DNA from: Paraspadella gotoi | Lineage: Eukaryota; Animalia; Chaetognatha | Direction: 5' to 3' | NCBI GenBank assembly: GCA_051294375.1 | Contig: CM119271.1 | Location: forward strand, 10,605,376 to 10,669,375 | DNA length: 64,000 bases | Part shown: piece by piece, positions 51,601-64,000 of the stretch | Numbering within the stretch: position 1 is the first letter of the stretch | Layout: each line of letters opens with the position of its first letter | Notes under the pieces: model-generated | The model's database searches: none | Told to the model about the DNA's origin: nothing | What the model saw: only the letters and a program-made list of their open reading frames with translations | Made by a program: the position numbers and the translations under genes

Positions 51601-54526
51601 GAAATGAGCGAAAAATGCGCCGCCGGTGTTTTGCACTTTCAGCTGACTTCGATGAAACAGGTGAGGGTCGTTATCGAAGGTTGATGTTATTGAATGTAAT
51701 TTATGAATCGGCTTTTATAAACTACGGTACGCTATCATTATCCACCAGGTCACGTTTAACTACAAATTTAAGACGGCTTGTAAGCAAGAGGTCATGAACC
51801 ATTGCAAGCAAATCAAAAACAAAATTCAAGCGGTCGGTTGCCTCTCCGAGGTCATGAGAAACGACACGCTTCTCGATAAAGAACACCGGTAAATGCATCA
51901 GTTTTTGTTTTAAAGATGTAAAATAAAACTATCGTAAAACAAATCCTATATTGTCAAAACGTTCGCCAATTCCGTAGATTAAGCGCTGAATGTCGCGATC
52001 AACTTCGCGTGGAGCTTCTTCAGCGAAACGAGGACGTTCGATTGGATCCCGAGTTGCAGAAATCCTGCGCCGATGACCTCAAACTCTATTGCGATTTTCC
52101 AGGAGGCGGGGGGAAGAAGATCAAATGTCTGCGACAAAGGAGGTTGGTTGATTTTAATATTTTGACTTTTATATCGTTTCTTTCGATTCGTTGCGTTTGA
52201 TTCAGAGACGAAGTAATAACACTTTAATGGTTTGTTTTTTTGTTTTTTTTTCTGAAAAGAAAACAGAGCAAACAAATAATTGCGGGAATGGTTGCAAAAA
52301 TAACTTATGTCAACAATAAACGAGAACAAATAAGGGGAAGATAAAAATGAAAATGAAAAAGAAGAGATCGGAGACAAAGTCAAGCAACTCCGTCCACATG
52401 AGACGGCAACTCAATCACGGGACTTCGGGAAGCGAGCAGGTCCCCGTTCTCGCGCTGAAGGCAGACAGAGTCTCTCAAAAAAGTGCTTAGACGTTTTGCC
52501 GATATCTAAGCCTGCATTCGTTGCTTGGAGTTTGGCGAAATCTTTTAAGTTTGAGAAAGCATCCAGGTCCCATGCCCCGAAGGTAGTAACAACCAGAGGG
52601 ATGAAGCCAACGTCGGCCGGCAGTTTGCCTTCGTACTTAGCATGTTTGGCCTGGCGAGCTCGTTCCAGGGCATAGGTGGGGTTGAGGATGGTATGACCAA
52701 AACAGTTGGAAAATGGTTGGACCAAAATGGTTGGAAAAAAAAAACACGACGAAAGTTGTGGAAAAAAAAATTTTTAGTAAGAAATAGAGAGCACTTGATA
52801 AATAGAAAAATTTCTTACTCGATGACTTACAAAGTTTAATAATATTCTTTCTCGTTAATTAATACAATTGTTTCACAATCACGAGTTGCTTCTGAATTAT
52901 ATTTATTTATTAAAATATCTTCCTTCGACTAAGCGACTGTCCTTTTTTTCCCAGGAAATCGCTAAAGCCGGAATGTCACAGAGTTTTGTTCAGTCGCGAC
53001 GCGGAAATATCGAAAGACAATTCCGTGGATTTCGCTCTCGTCACGATTTGCAAATCGATGAAAAATCAATATTGCGAAGCCTTCGACGACAAAAACATTT
53101 TGGACTGTTTGAAGCGTAACATGGAAAATCCTCACTTCGACTCGAGGTATAAAATAGTTAGGGGGAGGGTGGAAAAGTATAATACACATTAAATGTACAA
53201 CAGTCGTTTTGTTTTTATGCTTATTTTTCCTTCGCAGATGTCGAAAGATCGTGTTGGATCGAATGCGGATGCAAAAGTTGGATTATCGACTTAATCCAAA
53301 TTTAGAAAAGGCTTGTGAAAAGGACATTCCCAAATACTGCAAATCGGTGAGAGTTAAATGCGTCGAATGATTTGGATTTACATTATTTCCGAATAAAAAA
53401 AACGCAATATTGAAAAGCTAGTAATGCAACGAAAAGATAGATCCGAAACAATGTCTTTATACTAATAATAAAAAAAAAACGCGAGCAGAAAATGACTAAT
53501 TATGACGCGATGCTTGGGGGGGGAAAATGATCCTCGCTTTCGAAATGTTTTTCCCCCCCGTTTTCCAGTGGCCAGTGATGTGATGTAAGTGACGCTGTCC
53601 TCCTTTCGATTCTAATTATTTCACTTTTATTTTCATTCATTCGGTTTTTTACAATTTTTTCTCAGTTTATCAAGAACAGCGCTCCAACGGAATACGAAGG
53701 AGTCGTGATCAAATGCTTGAAGAAGCAGTTCACGGTTCCCAAGCGGCTCTCCGACTCTTGCACGAGTCACATCAAACTCGTGATCGAGGAGGCGCAGTCC
53801 GACTACAAACAAGATCCCATTTTGATGATCGCTTGCGAGAACGAAATTAGAACCTTATGCGGGTGAGGTTTCTTTATTTGCAAAACTCTTCGTAGTAACT
53901 TCTACAGAAATATATTTTTTTAATTTTAAATCGTTTCCCCCTCTTCCCCCCTTTTGATCCAGGACCGCTAAGGACGAGGGCCACGGTAAAGTCGAGGAAT
54001 GCCTGAAGGAGAATCTCAACAAGATCCGCAGCAAGAAGTGCAAAGTCCACGTGGCGGATTTGGTGAAGGAAACTCAAGTCGACATCGAGGTCGACCCGCT
54101 GCTTCACAAGGCCTGCGCCTCCGACATTCTCCAGTTTTGTCCCGACGTTCCGGCCGGCGATGGCCAGCAGGTTTAAAAAGCGGGAAGTAGTCGGCGGCGA
54201 CTTCTTAGAACAGGCCGTCTCTCATCCCCCCGCCCTTTCTCTTTTTCCAGATGATGTGCGTCCTCGCGGCCCTGGATGACTCGACGATATCTCGTCGAAT
54301 GACGCCGGATTGCAAGAAAAAACTGCAAGACCGCAGGAAGATGTGGGAGTTGGCGGCGCGGGTGGCGCCACCGGAATCCATCGCCGACGTCGTGGAGACG
54401 TTGCAGTCGTCGCCGAGCAAAGACTATTTCCTCGTCGTTGTCGTCTGCGTTCTCCTCTCGATTTTCGTCGTGGGTCTATTCTGCGGAAAATACACGAGGC
54501 TTCATCGTCAGGCCAAGGATCGATAA
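48625..54526 (+). CDS. GLG1: Golgi apparatus protein 1 (ESL-1/MG160, cysteine-rich FGF receptor); about 16 exons
   Basis: Signal peptide; repeated Cys-rich GLG1 units (ELQADDYHLDRQLFFACREDRERFC, LDYRLNPNLEKACEKDIPKYC); TM segment YFLVVVVCVLLSIFVVGLFCG; tail ending KDR*. Confidence 0.93.
52227..52700 (-). mobile_element. 5'-truncated CRE-like non-LTR retrotransposon 3' end in a GLG1 intron
   Basis: KHAKY...FIPLVVTTFGAW...HFFERL, then after a 2-nt slip SVCLQRENGDLLASRSP...HVDGVA*; U-rich 3'UTR and A-rich tail at ~52230-52252. Confidence 0.75.
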
Positions 54527-56000
54527 CGGTCTCCCTCTCTCTCTCTCTCTCTCATATCGAGATTCTGGGTTACTATTTTTAGATTTAGACGATCTCTCCC
54601 ACCCTTTCATTTTTTTTCCTTCCCTCCCCACCACCTTATCCGATGAGTAATGTTGCCATATTTTGATGCTTGTCTGTATAGTACTTTTTTTTTTCGCGTG
54701 ATCGATTTTGCACCTTAGCAATCGACATTGGCGACGAGGAAATATGACTTTTTATTGCATTTGAATTTTTTTTTTTTTTTTCTAATTGTTTGTAGTTCGA
54801 TCGTAACTATTGTTCAGATTTATCGAGTTGTAACCATTTTTTCTGTTGTATTTCTATCAACACATGGCTTTGAGCATTACACTGTTGTAAAGAGTCTTTC
54901 TTTGTCGCCATTTCTGATTTCTATCGCTCACCTTTACAAACTTCCAAGTCAGCATTATCTCAATCGTTTCTTTAGAAATCGTCCATAATCATTTTTGCTG
55001 GCTCGTTGTAGAGGGTTTAGGAGGGTCGTGGTTGTTAGGTAATGTACTTGCGTAGTCTTTTAAATAAAATAGACGCCTTTGAAGGGGTGGGGGTTGTAAA
55101 AAACACTGGAGATTCAGTAACGACATTAATGCTTGTTTAGGAGAGACGCGGGGCTCTTGTTCTCATCCGTATCGTCTGAATTGAAGCTTTATCTTTAGAA
55201 GAGATGAGGAATATCTTTAGTGATGTCGTCAGAACCTTAAAGTCGACGTTGGCCTTGTGATCAAAGAAATACAAATGCAGGCTATGCTTGTGATGATTTG
55301 AGAAATTTTGGGGCCAAACCGTGTTGGGCGCTCTCGCTAAAGCAAAGACGTAGGATTTCTGGGTGATCAGTTCAGGTTGTAAAAGTTGAAAAAGAATTCT
55401 ACGAGTATAAACAGAATAGTGTTAGGGAATTTTTTGTAACCAAATTAAATATCTTTTCAATATGATCCGAATTCATGACGGCGGACTCTGCATATATTTG
55501 TATCAAGCCTCGTCACTTTATGAGCGAGATACAGAATTTTTTATAAATTTAAAAAAATATAGCTTTTAGATTTCTATCTTTGAATCTTAACTTTCGTACT
55601 TGTGTGACCGAATGTTTACACTTTTTTCGATTAAATAAAATATAAATCGTAATTGTGCAGAAAAATGAACATTCCGAAATTTTATCTGTTCATGCGTTTA
55701 AATTTTGTCAATTTTTATTTCATTTTGCTACATGTAGCTGGAAAGGCAAGTCGTGAATGAGTGCCGTGGAATGCTTTTCTATAATTGGTGGCTACCCATT
55801 ACTTTTTTAGACCTAATCGTTGTTTGCTATTTTTTTTTTTGACAATATGTTGTTAACCTATTGGTATTTTGAAAAAAAATCTGGGTTATGCATTGACTTA
55901 TTTAAAGCAATATCTCAGAGTTCTGTGAAAAATAACGATGTGAAGGAACACCGCACTTTTGTACACAACATTTCATTTAGAAATCACAGGGGGATAAAAA

Positions 56001-60096
<4,096 letters not shown>

Positions 60097-61938
60097 TCAA
60101 TATACCGCTTATTTATTGTCGATCAACGGATGATGTATTTATGAAGGAACATCTGTGATTTTTCGAGCCGAAAATTTGATGGCAGCGTTTGGTTTTTGAT
60201 TGGGGACGGGTGGTTGTTATACTTTTTTTTTTTTTAAACCTCGTTTTTAATTAACCTAGAATTATTTATGTTCGATATATCCGCCAAGTTGATTTACAAA
60301 TTTACCATTTTGTTTTTACAGACACTCGTTTACAAGCGCCTGTTTTAATTCCCACTAATTTCTTAAACACAGATCGAATGTTTAATCAAACGAAGAGTAA
60401 GGGACTAGTAATTTCTATGAACTGTTTCAGCAATCGTCGTTTCGTCCGCACCCTCACTCTTTGTTTTCCAGAACGATAATGTCGGCCTTCATGTCCCCAG
60501 GTCCAGGTAGGTCCCAGTAGGTCTTGGTTTCAGGTCTTGGCTCAAGGTCTTGGGAAGATCGGGCTGAATACGACCGACCCGAAAAACCCCTGGGCAGTCG
60601 AGGTGTCGTCGTCGTCTTCCACGTCGTCCTCCACGTCGTCTTCCACGTCGTCCCCGGCACGGACGATGGAACGATGGAGAAAGGTGGCACTTTCCTTTCA
60701 CCGCTCCTTTCGACGCGGAATCGATTTCCAGGGGATTTCGAAGAATGTTGGTCGTTAGAGACGTCGTGCTTTATCGTCCCCCTCCCGACTACGTGGTCTG
60801 CCTTTGGGAGTTCGGCATCAGAGGCGATTGCAAGAGTCTCACCATCACGCAAAACCTTTCTATTTTACGAGCAAATCTCCCTAATGCCTTGCCGACCCTT
60901 CGCCCTCCGTCCGCCCGCAACCGTACAACCCGCTATTACAGATGGCGCGGGTCGAGACGTCCCCGCACGAATCCTGTTTTGGTACGATCCCGTATGCTCG
61001 GAATAGTCCCCCGACGTCCCGATAACAAGCTCTGTCTTTCGTAAACTACAAACGTTTTCGCGCGTTCAATTGATATACCGAGAGCCTGGTCGACGCTTCG
61101 GCGTTTGTTCAGGTTCTTTGGCTTCGTGTGCTAAGGCCAGTTTTCTGACGTTTTTTTACATTTTTTACGCCGACCGAATTTTTTATTGCGACTTCCTTCC
61201 TTTTTGTTCTATGAGATTGTTTTTACCGACATTGGTTTTTCAGTTTTCGTAATTTTTAAAAAAATATAATATGCCGAATTATGGCTCTTCTTACAATTTT
61301 GACACAAACTTACCATCGAATTTTAAGTGCCTTGGAATTTTACTACTTACAATTTGTGTTATTGACCGCTATATACATGTTAGAACCATGGGAGAGAAAA
61401 CTCATTAACAGGTACTTGTAATTCCTATTTAATGGTAATTTTCCAGCAGTTTCATTCTTTATAATAATTAAATTTGTTTTGCTTAGTATACTTGTTGGAC
61501 TGGTCGCCATGATGGTTTATACCGGAACCATATTTTTGCCAAGATATTTTAACCATCTCGTGGACTATTCTGGATTTGTAACGAAAAGCTGATAATTTTT
61601 TTTTTCCAATATTTTATTCCCGATTCAACTCTTTAAATGACATCCCACATTCGTTATTTTTTTTATATATATGTTTTTGCAAAATAATCACATTTGTTAA
61701 AATGTCGCTTGAATTTTTATATTAACGATTTTTTACCCAAATGGCTTCAATTCGGCTTTACTTTTGAGAAAGTTTAAAAATTACATACGTAGTATATGAG
61801 TCATAGAAAAATGTATTGGCTTCAATCCTAATAAAAAAAATGTATGCGTACGTTTGTATAATTTCTTAGAAATGACGAGTCCTCCGATTGTAACCCTGTC
61901 GCTTTGACGTTCGATAGTGAATCGGTTCAAAGCCGCCA

Positions 61939-63475
61939 ATGGAAAACTATAAAGGGACCGCGGTGCGAAAGCCCATTGGGCCCAAGGATATTCAGGGTGC
62001 GTCGTTTTGGTGCATGACGAAGAGAAAAAGGTATCACGCCTCGCTCACGTGGGAAATCAAAGACTTTAAAAGATGCGCCGCTAACAGGTTCGTGGGTACT
62101 CTGGTCGTCCGGAGTTGTAGGGAATGACAGATTGTTTATATTCGCTCATTATATAAGTGAGAAAATTCCTTTCTCTTTCTTTCTCACTCTCTTCTTACCC
62201 CCCGTTTCGTCCTTTCATCTTTTTCCATCTCCCACTATACTCAATATCGATTTCTTCTTTTCTTCTTTTCTCCGAAACCTGCAAATTCGGCTTCGCTTAA
62301 CCCCATTTCCACCCCCCCCCGCCTCCCTCGGTCCCTCACCCGCCCCCCAATCCCAGAGACATTTTAAAAAAGCACCCCCATCGTGGCGGAGAACGACCCC
62401 GAGAAGACGGAGTGGCACCTGAAGTGCTACCCCGGCGGGAAGAGATCCGAATTCTCCGACTACATCGGCCTCTACCTTCACTCGGAAACGCGGGACATTG
62501 ACTTTTACTACGGAGACGTTGAGTTCTCCATCATCGACATCGACGGACAGAAGAGATTTTGCTACGAGTACAAGGATTACAATATCGCCGGTTCGCTCGC
62601 CTTTTTTTTTTTAGTCACCTTATAAACTTAATTAAAGTCGATAATTTAAGTCTTTTAATGTCTCCATTAAGGCGAGAAAGCCATGGTCGGTCTCCATGAC
62701 TACGTCAAGAGAAGCAAATTGCTGGAGGAAGAGGAGGTTTTGGTTCCCAACAACACGTTAACGCTTTTTTTCAAGCTGTCGCTTTGTTCGTCGCCCGAAT
62801 CGGAAGGTTCATTGAACTCCGTGGATGATGTAATTGGTCGTTATTAGAAAAAAGTAACTCCTCCAATAATTGCTTCTTTTCAAATCCAGGTGGGCCCGAT
62901 GCGCCTGAAACGTCCAAGCTTTTATCCTTGGAACATTTAAGCAACGACTTATCCGTGCTTTTAAAAAAGGAAGAACACACCTTTTCGGACGTGACTTTAA
63001 TGGTTGAAGGAAAGGTATGGAATTACTTTTCGATGCCAAATATGACCGATTTACTAATAAAAATTTACTAACGGTAAAAAATAAAACCCAGCGCTTCCAT
63101 GCCCATCGCAACATCCTCTCCGCACGAAGTTCCGTGTTTCGCGCGATGTTCGAGCACCCGTTGGAAGAGTCCGTCAACCGCCAGGTGGAAATAGCCGACG
63201 TCTCCTCCGAAACAATGTCCTTATTTATTTCCGCGCTCTACTCGGGTCGGTTGCCCGAATACTCCGCCGACGCCGCCGACGACGACGTTTTCCTCAGACT
63301 ACTCTCCGTCGCCGACAAATACAACGTGCCCTCGTTGAAGGAGGCCTGCGAAAAAAACCTCGCCCACGCCGTCGCCGCCGACAACGTCTGTCAAATCCTC
63401 GTCGTCGCCGATCTCCACGGATGCGAGGAACTCAAGCGGAAAGCCCTCGATTTCGTGGCCACGAACGGGAAGAGG
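61939..63475 (+). CDS. MATH-BTB (SPOP/TDPOZ-like) protein, 3'-partial
   Basis: MATH: LTWEIKDF, WHLKCYPGG...DYIGLYLH, VEFSIIDIDGQK; BTB: FSDVTLMVEGKRFHAHRNILSARSSVFRAMF...LLSVADKYNVPSLKEACE; BACK-like ILVVADLHGCEELKRKALDF. Apparent +1 A in the homopolymer near 62366. Confidence 0.85.
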
Positions 63476-63696
63476 GTGAGGGTAAAGGGGGGGGAAGTGT
63501 TACGGTTACGCTCATGCCTTCTCTCTCTGATCAATGGATGGTGTGATTCAATGGTGGTGCGAATTGAGGGGAAAATGTATCTGATTAGATGTTGTTACTT
63601 GGAAACCTTTTAAAAAACTGTCCCAGACGTTCAATGTTCAGCTTTATTAATGATCAAGGCTCTGTTATTTCAATGTTTAAGAAATTTGATCATTTA

Positions 63697-63728
63697 AGTC
63701 TCTTCGGATGCGTGGGTTCGAATGCCAC
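63697..63728 (+). pseudogene. tRNA-Leu 3'-half fragment (variable arm plus T arm)
   Basis: agtctcttcggatgcgtgggttcgaatgccacc versus the recalled metazoan tRNA-Leu sequence agtctcttcggaggcgtgggttcgaatcccacc; no acceptor stem or anticodon arm. Confidence 0.65.
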
Positions 63729-63867
63729 CACATTTAAGTAGACAGGGATTTCAATATGAAACCAAAATGGGATTTTATTCTCAGAATATAAACAATAAAC
63801 AAGACGGTGTCAAATTCCAGGCAGAGTGAATCAATACAATTTTTGGTTCCAATTTATACAGTCCCAT

Positions 63868-64000
63868 CGGATCGGAGTTAAGGGTAAATATTCTCGGCGG
63901 ATGGAAGCCCATCCGATCATTGGCCGGTGCCATTCGTCTCCTGGCCAATCAGAGGGTTCCATTCTACTTCCGGCGAATTTTACCCGAGTCTTTGATCCGA
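63868..64000. mobile_element. Imperfect palindrome (MITE-like) at the window end
   Basis: tcggatc/gatccga, gggtaaatattc/gaattttaccc and attggcc/ggccaat are nested symmetrically. Confidence 0.5.

Noticed and set aside
55100-55400. Possible C/D-box snoRNA (gtgatga at ~55290)
   Set aside because: No suitably placed CTGA D box or terminal stem found.
63660-63735. Functional tRNA gene
   Set aside because: Only the variable and T arms are recognisable; no cloverleaf can be formed.

Overview
Compact, AT-rich-intergenic genomic DNA from an invertebrate animal (spliceosomal introns, mostly short). All host genes are on the + strand, head to tail: a probable upstream gene tail, IK/RED, ARHGEF17, CNOT1, MBTPS1 (site-1 protease), SPRYD3, a 6-finger C2H2 gene, TXNDC5, an AT-hook/C2H2 gene present twice in a ~4.83 kb near-identical tandem duplication next to an N gap, BLOC1S4, GLG1, AGPS and a partial MATH-BTB (SPOP-like) gene. 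Mobile DNA includes a ~3.05 kb RT-less DIRS-type tyrosine-recombinase element with ITRs and an unusually placed ICR, a 5'-truncated CRE-type non-LTR fragment, a HINE/DINE-1-like insert and several foldback/MITE-like elements. Main findings: possible operon/trans-splicing organisation; the DIRS element (gag-YR fusion, ICR inside a putative gag intron); about 5 GC-AG introns among ~67; and AGPS carrying a PTS1 (SKL) instead of a PTS2. Exon models were spliced by eye and gene names come from recalled family motifs; no database search was run.
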